Source: Alteriqipengyuania sp. (GTDB taxonomy: Bacteria > Pseudomonadota > Alphaproteobacteria > Sphingomonadales > Sphingomonadaceae). Taken from it: a stretch of 64,000 bases of DNA. Numbering within the stretch: the first letter of the stretch is position 1; each line of letters starts with the position of its first letter. A program made the position numbers and the translations under genes. Below are positions 45,749 through 53,688 of the stretch, piece after piece. A model generated the notes under the pieces. The model searched no databases. It was not told the DNA's origin and saw nothing but the letters and a program-made list of their open reading frames with translations. The DNA is taken from the NCBI GenBank assembly GCA_964222325.1, contig CAXQBC010000013.1:59072-123071 (forward strand). Reading direction: 5' to 3'.

Positions 45749-45777
45749 TTGAGGGCAAGAAGCAATTGATGCGTAAA
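45749..45777 (+). promoter_or_regulatory. ECF-type promoter motif TTGAGGG-N16-CGTAAA (divergent partner)
   Basis: TTGAGGG caagaagcaattgatg CGTAAA, 104 nt upstream of the DUF411 gene. Confidence 0.55.
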
Positions 45778-45881
45778 GGCATTGAGTCAAAAGCACGCGT
45801 CGTTTGTCGGCGCAGAATTTGCGCGGACACATTCTGGCAAAGTCATTCTGCTCGGCGCGGCCTCAGGAAAGGCAAATGTAA

Positions 45882-46349
45882 ATGAGTTTCATCAATCCAT
45901 CAAAACCGTTCAGTCGTTCGCTGGCGGCTTCGCTCCTCCTCGCCCTTGCAGCCTGCTCGAATGCGGCCCAGGCCGCGACATACACGATGTACCGCGACGC
46001 AGGGTGCGGGTGCTGTCTTAACTGGGCCGGTCACGTAGAACACGGGCTCGAAGCGGAGGTCGCCTCGGTCGACTCCGACGACATGGCTGCACTAAAGACA
46101 GCCAGGGGTGTACCGCAGGATCTGTGGTCGTGCCACACGATGGAAGTCGATGGCTATATCATCGAAGGCCACGTGCCGGCCGATGCCGTCGCGAAGCTAT
46201 TACGCGAACGCCCCGAAGGAGTGGCAGGCCTGGCCGTGCCCGGAATGCCGCTTGGCTCGCCCGGGATGGAACTCGGGGACCAGGTGCAGCCCTATGATGT
46301 CATCGCCTTCGGCCCAGGCGGGCGGAGCGTGTTCGCATCCTACCCGTGA
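45882..46349 (+). CDS. DUF411 (CopG-type) metal-binding lipoprotein
   Basis: 155 aa. Lipobox LALAAC. YRDAGCGCCLNW, CHTMEVDGYIIEGHVP, PGMPLGSPGME. Confidence 0.85.
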   Translation: MSFINPSKPFSRSLAASLLLALAACSNAAQAATYTMYRDAGCGCCLNWAGHVEHGLEAEVASVDSDDMAALKTARGVPQDLWSCHTMEVDGYIIEGHVPADAVAKLLRERPEGVAGLAVPGMPLGSPGMELGDQVQPYDVIAFGPGGRSVFASYP

Positions 46350-46392
46350 ATATGGGCAGCCCTTTTTGCGCCAACTCTGACGGAGGACCATC

Positions 46393-46668
46393 ATGTCGGA
46401 CTATTCGGTCAAAACCTCAATTTTCATATGGGGCTGGACACTCAGCCTCTTCCTGCTTTTCAGCTACCTGATCTGCATCGGTTTCGGCCTGCTCGCGCCC
46501 GAACAGGCGCACATGCACGAAGCGTGGGCGCCGCTGCTTCCCGGTTTCGAGTGGCTGACCCTCTCGGGCTTTCTGGCAGGCGCTCTTGGAAGTTTTTTGT
46601 ATGGTTGGTATATTGCTTTAATCGCGGTGCCGCTTTTCCGATATTTTCAGAAGCGTTTCAGTCGATAG
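46393..46668 (+). CDS. Small 3-TM membrane protein (DUF5676-like)
   Basis: 91 aa, 43 nt after the DUF411 gene. The family name is recalled and not verified. Confidence 0.6.
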   Translation: MSDYSVKTSIFIWGWTLSLFLLFSYLICIGFGLLAPEQAHMHEAWAPLLPGFEWLTLSGFLAGALGSFLYGWYIALIAVPLFRYFQKRFSR

Positions 46669-46830
46669 ACAGAGCTTGTCGCGGTAACTTGGTCCAAGAG
46701 GGGCAAGGCCTCGTCTGGCTCATTTCGATCGCATATTATTACTGGAGCTAGAGCCATTCCCAGAACTCCGTCCCAAGGAGAGAGGCGATCCCTGTTAGTT
46801 CACGTCGCCATCGGCGCTGTTCTGGGTGTA

Positions 46831-47568
46831 GTGATTCTTCACCCGCTCACGACGCTCGTCTTTTGGTACGAGTTTGGTGCCTTGGCCTTTGCCGACCAAG
46901 ACAGCGCACTCAGCTTCATAATCGACCGGACTCTCTCCGCGTTTGCGTTCGAAATGTTTGCAATGAGCTTGATATATGCCGCGATCGGCGGCGCGATCGG
47001 ACTGGGTTTTGGAGTGTATCATGTTCGGCTCGTGCACGAGCGGTCCAGAGTTCGCTTTCTGGAACGCGAACTCAATGAAGAACTTCCATTACTAATAGCT
47101 CGCGGCGAAAGCGAGCAGCTGGAATTCAAATCTTCCTTCCGTTGGGACAGGCGTCAGGAGAAAGTCAACCGCAGCTTGCAGCAAGTCATCGTCAAAACCC
47201 TGGCGGGGTTCCTCAACCAAGAGGGCGGCACTCTCCTTATCGGTGTCGAAGATGATGGCAGCATCGCGGGCATCGAGGCGGACATGCAAACGCTTAAGCC
47301 CGCCAACCAGGATGGCTTCGAACGTTTATTGATGGACACAGCAAAAGAGGGTCTTGGAGGACACGCGTGTGCTCTGATCCATTGTAGGTTCCACAAACTC
47401 GAGGAAAAGATCGTTTGCCGAGTTATTGTGGAGAAGAGCTTGGAGCCGATCTATTTTTCCGAAGGGAGCGTGGCCCGGTTCATGCTGCGAGCAGGCAATA
47501 GCACGCGTGAGCTCGATGTGCGCGAAGCTCAGGCTTATCTCCAGCATCGCGGGAAAGTGAGCATCTAA
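46831..47568 (+). CDS. AlbA_2 (Schlafen-type) domain protein with hydrophobic N-terminal segment
   Basis: 245 aa, GTG start. LIARGESEQLEFKSSF...LAGFLNQEGGTLLIGVEDDGSI is the AlbA_2 core. Locally lower GC. A shorter start at GTG 47032 is possible. Confidence 0.6.
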   Translation: MILHPLTTLVFWYEFGALAFADQDSALSFIIDRTLSAFAFEMFAMSLIYAAIGGAIGLGFGVYHVRLVHERSRVRFLERELNEELPLLIARGESEQLEFKSSFRWDRRQEKVNRSLQQVIVKTLAGFLNQEGGTLLIGVEDDGSIAGIEADMQTLKPANQDGFERLLMDTAKEGLGGHACALIHCRFHKLEEKIVCRVIVEKSLEPIYFSEGSVARFMLRAGNSTRELDVREAQAYLQHRGKVSI

Positions 47569-47677
47569 CCGCTGGTCTGTGGGACAGCACGCGTGTTCGG
47601 AGCGCTTTGTCGATCGGCTCAGTTCCTGCAAATTTATGATGCGGTTGGGGCTTCGCCCCGCCACATACTCAAAAATA

Positions 47678-47706
47678 TTGAGGGATGAGCCCCGACCGAA
47701 CGTACT
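47678..47706 (+). promoter_or_regulatory. ECF-type promoter motif TTGAGGG-N16-CGTACT
   Basis: TTGAGGG atgagccccgaccgaa CGTACT, 48 nt upstream of the permease ORF start (TTG 47755). Confidence 0.45.
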
Positions 47707-47754
47707 GTCCGGCATGATCTTTCTTGAACGGGAGACCATCGACAGGGGAAAGTC

Positions 47755-49107
47755 TTGCAAGACCATGAGCACGAGAATCAAAGCGAAACAGCTGGCTCGA
47801 TAACCCTGCTGGGCGGCGTGGCGATGGGAACCGGCGTCATGATCGGTGCCGGCATATTCGCGCTGACCGGGCAGATCGCCGAGCTTGCCGGTCCGCTCTT
47901 CCCCTTATCCTTCATCGCTGGCGCGCTGGTAACCTCGCTGGCGGCGTACAGCTATATCAAGATGTCGAACAAATGGCCGTCTTCGGGCGGCATCGCGATG
48001 ATCTTGCAGAAAGCATACGGACCCGGCGTGATCGCCGCCTCTGCCTCGCTCCTAATGGCGCTGTCGATGGTGATTAACGAGAGCCTCGTGGCCCGCACCT
48101 TTGCCACTTACGCGCTGCGCCCGTTCGGCCTCGAAAGCAGCGGGTGGCTCGTTTCTCTCGCAGCGCTTGCCGTCATCATTTTCGCCTATCTCGTCAATGC
48201 AGCGGGCAACAGGTCGGTAAGCGGCTTCTCGCTTATCATGTCCGCCATCAAGATCGGCGGCATCGCGCTGTTCGCAGTCGCCGCGATCTTGGCCAGCGGT
48301 TTTTCATCAGGCGCATTTTCGCAGCCCGTCTCGCTGACCAATGCAGAAGCCCTGCTCGCCTCGGTTGCTTTCTCGATCCTCGCCTTCAAGGGCTTCACCA
48401 CGATTACCAATAGCGGCGGCGAAATCGTCGACCCGCACAAGAATGTCGGCCGGACGATCATGATCTCGATCGCGGTCTGTATCGTGATCTATCTGCTTGT
48501 CGCAGTGGCGGTGGGTTCGAGCCTGAGCATATCCGAGATCGTCGAGGCGCGCGATTATTCGCTCGCAGCAGCGGCGCGTCCGGCGCTGGGAGAACTGGGC
48601 TTCTATTTCACCGTCGCGATCGCGATCGCCGCAACGACTTCGGGCGTGATCGCGAGCGTATTTGCCGTGTCGCGCATGCTTGCGATGCTGACCGACATGA
48701 AGATGATCCCGCACAGCCATTTCGGCATGAGCGGCGGGATACGCAGCCACATGCTGGTCTATACGGTGGTCATTGCCGGGACGCTTGCCGTCCTGTTCGA
48801 TCTGTCGCGGATCGCCTCGCTGGGCGCCTTCTTCTACCTCGTCATGGATATGCTGGTGCACTGGGGCGTCCTGCGTCACCTGCGCAAGGAAGTCGGCGCG
48901 CGAGCATCAATACTTCTTACAGCACTCGCGGCAGATGGCGTGGTCCTCGCAGCCTTTACCGCGGCCAAATTGCGCAGCGATCCTGCCGTTGTCGCCTATG
49001 CGGCGATCGGCATCGTCGCGGTGTTCGTGGGGGAATGGATCTACCTCTCGCGCAATTCCGAAGCGCCCGCTTCTCACAAAGATGATCGGTCAGGAGAGAA
49101 GAGTTGA
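47755..49107 (+). CDS. APC-family amino acid/polyamine permease
   Basis: 450 aa, about 12 TM. GGVAMGTGVMIGAGIFALTG. TTG start. The N-terminus QDHEHENQ is His/acid-rich. Confidence 0.85.
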   Translation: MQDHEHENQSETAGSITLLGGVAMGTGVMIGAGIFALTGQIAELAGPLFPLSFIAGALVTSLAAYSYIKMSNKWPSSGGIAMILQKAYGPGVIAASASLLMALSMVINESLVARTFATYALRPFGLESSGWLVSLAALAVIIFAYLVNAAGNRSVSGFSLIMSAIKIGGIALFAVAAILASGFSSGAFSQPVSLTNAEALLASVAFSILAFKGFTTITNSGGEIVDPHKNVGRTIMISIAVCIVIYLLVAVAVGSSLSISEIVEARDYSLAAAARPALGELGFYFTVAIAIAATTSGVIASVFAVSRMLAMLTDMKMIPHSHFGMSGGIRSHMLVYTVVIAGTLAVLFDLSRIASLGAFFYLVMDMLVHWGVLRHLRKEVGARASILLTALAADGVVLAAFTAAKLRSDPAVVAYAAIGIVAVFVGEWIYLSRNSEAPASHKDDRSGEKS

Positions 49108-49178
49108 TGGCACCTTCTTCAACCAGCTTTGCCGCTTTTACGCCGGGCTTTTTCGAAACTGTTTCCCGAAAACCTGAG

Positions 49179-49198
49179 TTGACGAAGCGAAACGTCAA
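49179..49198 (+). promoter_or_regulatory. Inverted repeat TTGACG-N8-CGTCAA upstream of the grx-mauE operon
   Basis: Perfect 6-bp arms, 10-22 nt before the candidate start codons. Function unknown. Confidence 0.25.
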
Positions 49199-49207
49199 GA
49201 AAAACAG

Positions 49208-49969
49208 ATGGAGCGATTCATGACGACCCGAACAGCGGCGGTCTACCGCATGGTGATGGAGGACCATGTCTGTCCCTATGGCATCAAGACGGTCGATCTT
49301 GTCAAGCGGCAAGGCTTCGAGGTCGACGATCATCACCTGACCAGCAGGGAGGAAACCGATGCGTTCAAGGACAAGTACGACGTCGAGACCACCCCGCAGA
49401 CCTTTATCGAAGGCAAGCGCATTGGCGGCTATGACGATGTCCGCGAATTCTTCGGCAAGAGCCGCTCGCAGCCTGAGGAAGGCGAAACCAGCTATCAGCC
49501 GGTCATTGCGATTTTCGCGGTCGCGCTGCTGCTCGCGCTAGGGCTGAGCTGGGCGTTTTTTGACGACCTCTTCACTGTCCGGGCCGCAGAATGGTTCGTG
49601 AGCCTGTCGATGACCCTGCTCGCCGTTCAGAAGCTTCAGGACGTGCGCAGTTTCTCGACGATGTTCCTCAACTACGACCTGCTCGCACGGCGCTGGGTGC
49701 CCTATGGCTTCGTCTACCCGTTCGGCGAAGCCGCTGCCGGCATTCTCATGACCGCGGGCGCGCTGACCTGGCTCTCGGCCCCGCTGGCATTGTTCATCGG
49801 CACAGTCGGCGCTGTCAGCGTCTTCAAGGCTGTCTACATCGACAAGCGCGAGCTTAAATGCGCCTGCGTGGGCGGCAGCAGCAATGTGCCGCTCGGCTTT
49901 GTCTCGCTGACCGAAAATCTGTTCATGATCGGAATGGGTCTGTGGATGGGCGCGAAGCTTCTCGCATGA
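49208..49969 (+). CDS. Glutaredoxin-domain / MauE-DoxX-type membrane protein fusion
   Basis: 253 aa. The N-terminal Grx-like domain has a CPYG motif (VCPYGIKTVDL...TPQTFIEGKRIGGYDD), followed by 4-5 TM of MauE type. ATG 49220 is an alternative start. Confidence 0.75.
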   Translation: MERFMTTRTAAVYRMVMEDHVCPYGIKTVDLVKRQGFEVDDHHLTSREETDAFKDKYDVETTPQTFIEGKRIGGYDDVREFFGKSRSQPEEGETSYQPVIAIFAVALLLALGLSWAFFDDLFTVRAAEWFVSLSMTLLAVQKLQDVRSFSTMFLNYDLLARRWVPYGFVYPFGEAAAGILMTAGALTWLSAPLALFIGTVGAVSVFKAVYIDKRELKCACVGGSSNVPLGFVSLTENLFMIGMGLWMGAKLLA

Positions 49970-50379
49970 TCACCGCGCTCCTTCTCTCCGTCTTTCTGTT
50001 CCTCTCGGCTGTCGCTTCGCACCTTGCCATTCTGGGTGTCGGTCACCGGCTTCTCGACCGGCGCCGCGATACGCAGGCAAAGCTTGCCGTTTCGCTGATC
50101 GTGCTCGCGTCGCATTTCCTCGTGGCGATCCTTTTTGCCGCAGGTTTCTGGCTGGGCGCGCAATGGGGCCTGGGAGGTTTCGACAAGGCGCCTTCCATGG
50201 ACTGGATGGACTACTTCTATTTCTCGCTCATCAATGTGACCACACTGGGCCTGGGCGACATTTATCCGACCGAGCACCTGAGAGTCCTGGCCGGCGTCGA
50301 GGCCCTCACCGGCTTCGCTCTCATCAGCTGCTCGGCGCAGCTATTCTGGACCATGATGCACAAAGGAGAAGAAGCATGA
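49966..50379 (+). CDS. Minimal K+-channel-like pore protein
   Basis: 137 aa. ATGA overlap with the upstream gene. The pore-helix/filter-like sequence is FYFSLINVTTLGLGDIYP. Confidence 0.65.
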   Translation: MITALLLSVFLFLSAVASHLAILGVGHRLLDRRRDTQAKLAVSLIVLASHFLVAILFAAGFWLGAQWGLGGFDKAPSMDWMDYFYFSLINVTTLGLGDIYPTEHLRVLAGVEALTGFALISCSAQLFWTMMHKGEEA

Positions 50380-50903
50380 CTGAAAAGACGACCCACTCGG
50401 ACAAGGGAGGGGGCGGCAGCTACTGGCGATTCATGGCCATGGTGTCGACCTCGACCGTGATCATGTTCTTCCTGATGTATGCCAACACCTTTACCGTCGA
50501 TGATCTTTTCTGGAGCGAAACGCGCTTCTGGATGATGTTTGTCATGGGCGCGATGATGATGGTTGTCATGCTGCTCTTCATGTGGGGCATGTACAAGGAC
50601 CGGACCAAGAACTTCATTATTCTGGGCGTCGGCGCCTTCGTGTTCGCCCTCGCGCTGTGGCTGGTGCGCAGCCAGACCACCGTCGACGATACCGAATATA
50701 TGGCAGCGATGATCCCGCACCACTCGATCGCGATCATGACCAGCGAACGCGCGAGCCTGAAGGATCCTCGCGTGCGCGAACTCGCTCAGGCCATCATCGT
50801 CGCCCAGCGCCGCGAAATCGCCGAGATGAAATATCTCATCGACGATATCGAGCAGAACGGTCCTCGGACCGAAGAACGCCTGCCCGAGGAGATGCAGCCA
50901 TGA
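50376..50903 (+). CDS. DUF305 domain membrane protein
   Basis: 175 aa. ATGA overlap. MIPHHSIAIMTSE...AQAIIVAQRREIAEM is the DUF305 core. The N-terminal TM region is Met-rich. Confidence 0.8.
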   Translation: MTEKTTHSDKGGGGSYWRFMAMVSTSTVIMFFLMYANTFTVDDLFWSETRFWMMFVMGAMMMVVMLLFMWGMYKDRTKNFIILGVGAFVFALALWLVRSQTTVDDTEYMAAMIPHHSIAIMTSERASLKDPRVRELAQAIIVAQRREIAEMKYLIDDIEQNGPRTEERLPEEMQP

Positions 50904-51388
50904 ACAAGATAGCTTTCACGGCGCTCATCGCGCTACCGCTTGCCGCCTGCAATTCGAACACCGCTCCGGGCAACGACCGCGAAGCCCAGCTCGACCCGCC
51001 TGCCACTGCCGCGCCGATCGAGGATGCGGCCAGTGCACTGGCAAATGTTGACTCAGGCCTGATGCTTCCCGGGACCATGAATGACGCGGATCTTGCTGCT
51101 CTGGGCGCAGGACAGGCCTGCCAGTTCCGCCTGACCGAAGTGGCCTTTCCCTCATTTGTCTATGACGGCGACGGGGGCGGAGCAATCAAGATCAATGGCA
51201 AATTGATCCCCGTCACTGCCGATGGCCCCGGCAGCTATTCGAACGGTGAGCTTCGGATCAGAACCCGCATGCTGGATGATGAAGGCGATGCGAGCCTGCA
51301 GATGCAGGAGATGATCGTGGCAGCGCCAAGAGCCAAGGATGAGTTTGGCTTTTGGGGCTATACCACCTGTCCAGCCGAGGGAGCCTGA
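50900..51388 (+). CDS. Lipoprotein, unknown function
   Basis: 162 aa. ATGA overlap. Lipobox LPLAAC. Confidence 0.6.
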   Translation: MNKIAFTALIALPLAACNSNTAPGNDREAQLDPPATAAPIEDAASALANVDSGLMLPGTMNDADLAALGAGQACQFRLTEVAFPSFVYDGDGGGAIKINGKLIPVTADGPGSYSNGELRIRTRMLDDEGDASLQMQEMIVAAPRAKDEFGFWGYTTCPAEGA

Positions 51389-51396
51389 TACTGGCA

Positions 51397-51433
51397 GGGC
51401 GCATGGGCGGGCCGTCGGTTACCCCATGCGCCC
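51397..51433 (+). terminator. 11-bp GC hairpin after the four-gene operon (no U-tract)
   Basis: GGGCGCATGGG-15 nt-CCCATGCGCCC. Confidence 0.35.
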
Positions 51434-51481
51434 GCGCCTCCGCCCTTCGTCGCCCTCACCAGTTTTAACAGGAACAAGCAG

Positions 51482-52186
51482 ATGACCGATACGAGGCCCA
51501 TCGCTGTCTTCGGCGCAGGCGGGAAGACCGGCACCGAGCTACTGAGGCATGCCCTTGCCCGGGACATACCGATCCGCGCCTTCGAACACACGGTGCCCGG
51601 ACCAGACGAGCGGGTGGGCGACTTCGAATATATCGAATGCGATGTGCTGTCGGACGATTTCGCTGGCGATCTCGATGGCTGCCGCGCGGTTATCTCGACC
51701 CTCGGTGTCGCTTTTGGTCCGGGCAATGCGATCGATCCACCGCCGCTTTATACCGATGGCACGCGCAACCTGCTCGGGGCGATGGCACAGACGAAGATCG
51801 ACCGCATTGCCGTGATCTCCGCTGCCTTTGTCGAACATCAGTCGAGCGTCCCGGCCTGGTTTGAGCTCACCGCCAAGCCTGCATTGTTCAATATACTCGA
51901 GCAGATGCGCGCCATGGAAGCGATGCTCAGCGACGCCCAAGGTATCAAATGGACGGCCGCACGGCCGGGCTGGCTGCTGGATGAGCCTTACACCGGCGAT
52001 GCCGTCATTACGGACGAACGCTTGGCAGAAGGCTGTTTCCGCTGCCGTCATGCTGATCTAGCGGCGAGCCTGCTTGAATTCGTGTGCGAAGATACCTGGA
52101 TCAACGCAAAGCCTGCCATCGGCAGGCCCGAAGCCGAACGTTTCGAAAGTCCTGCCGCCATCAAGGCCGAACTCGGGATCGATTAA
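51482..52186 (+). CDS. NAD(P)H-binding (NmrA/BVR-B-like) protein
   Basis: 234 aa. IAVFGAGGKTGTELL Rossmann motif. Confidence 0.75.
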   Translation: MTDTRPIAVFGAGGKTGTELLRHALARDIPIRAFEHTVPGPDERVGDFEYIECDVLSDDFAGDLDGCRAVISTLGVAFGPGNAIDPPPLYTDGTRNLLGAMAQTKIDRIAVISAAFVEHQSSVPAWFELTAKPALFNILEQMRAMEAMLSDAQGIKWTAARPGWLLDEPYTGDAVITDERLAEGCFRCRHADLAASLLEFVCEDTWINAKPAIGRPEAERFESPAAIKAELGID

Positions 52187-52206
52187 ACGTCGTAACATTT
52201 TTCAAT

Positions 52207-52230
52207 CTGTAACGAGCCCGAACGTTACAG
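52207..52230 (+). promoter_or_regulatory. Inverted repeat CTGTAACG-N8-CGTTACAG upstream of the MBL-rhodanese gene
   Basis: Perfect 8-bp arms that end 27 nt before ATG 52258. Confidence 0.3.
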
Positions 52231-52257
52231 ACTTTGAGCAACAGACAAGGAAGTCGC

Positions 52258-53610
52258 ATGTTTCTGGAGAAAATCAAAACCCCCGGTCTCTCACACCTTT
52301 CCTACATCATCGGCTCGGGCGGAAAGGCAGCGGTCATCGATCCGCGCCGGGACTGCGAGGTCTATGTCGAAAAGGCCCGGGCCGAAGGGCTGGAGATAAC
52401 GCATATCTTCGAAACCCATCGCAATGAGGATCTGCTCAGCGGCTCGCCGATCTTGGCCAATTTGACAGGAGCCACGGTCTATCACGGGCCCAACGCGGCA
52501 GGCGAAGTCATCTTTGCCAGGACCGCGCGCGAAGGCGATTGTTTCGAGCTGGGTCAATTGAAGATCGAAGTGCTTGAAACACCTGGACACACCGACGATC
52601 ATCTCGCTTTCGTCATCCATGACAGCGAATATTCCGAGGGGCCGGTCGGCGTCTTTACCGGCGATGCCCTGTTCGTCGGCGATGTCGGGCGCACCGATTT
52701 CTATCCCGAGCGCAAGGAAGAAGTCGCGGGCCTTCTATTCGACTCCCTGCAGAAACTTTGCGGCCTCGGCGATCAGGCGATTATCTACCCGGCGCATGGT
52801 GCGGGCTCGGTCTGCGGGTCGGGAATGGCGGACCGGGAATTCTCGACAATCGGCCACGAGCGGCGCAACAACCCGCGCCTGCGCATCTCCGACCGCGACG
52901 AGTTCATCGAGGCGAAGGTAGCAGAGCACCACTACCAGCCGCCCTATTTCCGGCTGATGGAGCGGCTCAACCTTGCAGGGTCCGATGCCGCGCCGCGCGT
53001 CATGCGGCCAAGGCGTCTGGGGCTGGAAGACCTTAGCGAGAGCGGCGCCGATCACCTGGTCGATGTGCGCGAGCCGCTCGCCTACGCTGCCGGCCATCTG
53101 CCGGGTGCCATGTGCCTTCCGGTTGGAATGATACCGGCCTTTGCCGGATGGTTCCTCGGTGAAGGCGACAGGATCGCCCTCATTGCTTCCGAGGAAGGCC
53201 AGCTAGCCCAGGCCATGGCCCATCTGGTGCGCATCGGTCTCGATAATGTTGTGGGCGGCTATGTCGGCGTGGTTCCAGCCGCCGCACAGGGCAAAGCGAT
53301 GCGCAGCATTCCCATGATTGGCACCGAGGAAGTCGCGCGCAGGCTCGATCAAGACAGCGGCGAGTGGACCTTGCTCGACGTGCGCGACGCGGACGAACGG
53401 CAAGAAGCAAGCATCGACGGCTCAGGACATATCTATGTCGGTGAGCTCAACACGCGGTGGGAAGAGCTCGACCGCGACCGCCACTACACGCTGATGTGCG
53501 CGAGCGGCATGCGGGCGAGCGTTGCGGCGGGTTGGCTGGCCAGCAAGGGTTTCGAGCACCTCGATATCTATCTGGGCTCTATGGGGGCGTGGACAAACGC
53601 CTCCGGCTGA
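52258..53610 (+). CDS. MBL-fold protein fused to two rhodanese domains (CstB-like persulfide dioxygenase/sulfurtransferase architecture)
   Basis: 450 aa from MFLEKIKTPG. The MBL motif reads ETHRNEDLLSG (HxNxD instead of HxHxD). The C-terminal rhodanese repeats contain CASGMRAS. Confidence 0.85.
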   Translation: MFLEKIKTPGLSHLSYIIGSGGKAAVIDPRRDCEVYVEKARAEGLEITHIFETHRNEDLLSGSPILANLTGATVYHGPNAAGEVIFARTAREGDCFELGQLKIEVLETPGHTDDHLAFVIHDSEYSEGPVGVFTGDALFVGDVGRTDFYPERKEEVAGLLFDSLQKLCGLGDQAIIYPAHGAGSVCGSGMADREFSTIGHERRNNPRLRISDRDEFIEAKVAEHHYQPPYFRLMERLNLAGSDAAPRVMRPRRLGLEDLSESGADHLVDVREPLAYAAGHLPGAMCLPVGMIPAFAGWFLGEGDRIALIASEEGQLAQAMAHLVRIGLDNVVGGYVGVVPAAAQGKAMRSIPMIGTEEVARRLDQDSGEWTLLDVRDADERQEASIDGSGHIYVGELNTRWEELDRDRHYTLMCASGMRASVAAGWLASKGFEHLDIYLGSMGAWTNASG

Positions 53611-53635
53611 AGCGCCAAAATCTTGAAAAGCAAGC

Positions 53636-53657
53636 CAAAATCTTTTGCGAGATTTTG
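53636..53657. terminator. AT-rich hairpin between convergent genes
   Basis: CAAAATCT-tttgcg-AGATTTTG. GCCAAAATCTT is also directly repeated 20 nt upstream. Confidence 0.35.
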
Positions 53658-53688
53658 CTCGTATGTGGTAGGTGAGCTTGCTCTTCGC

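Noticed and set aside
46795-47037. 80-aa minus-strand ORF overlapping the 5' part of the AlbA_2 gene
   Set aside because: It has a GTG start and no SD or family. The plus-strand frame shows better third-position GC and a plausible TM helix. It cannot be fully excluded if the AlbA_2 gene starts at 47032.
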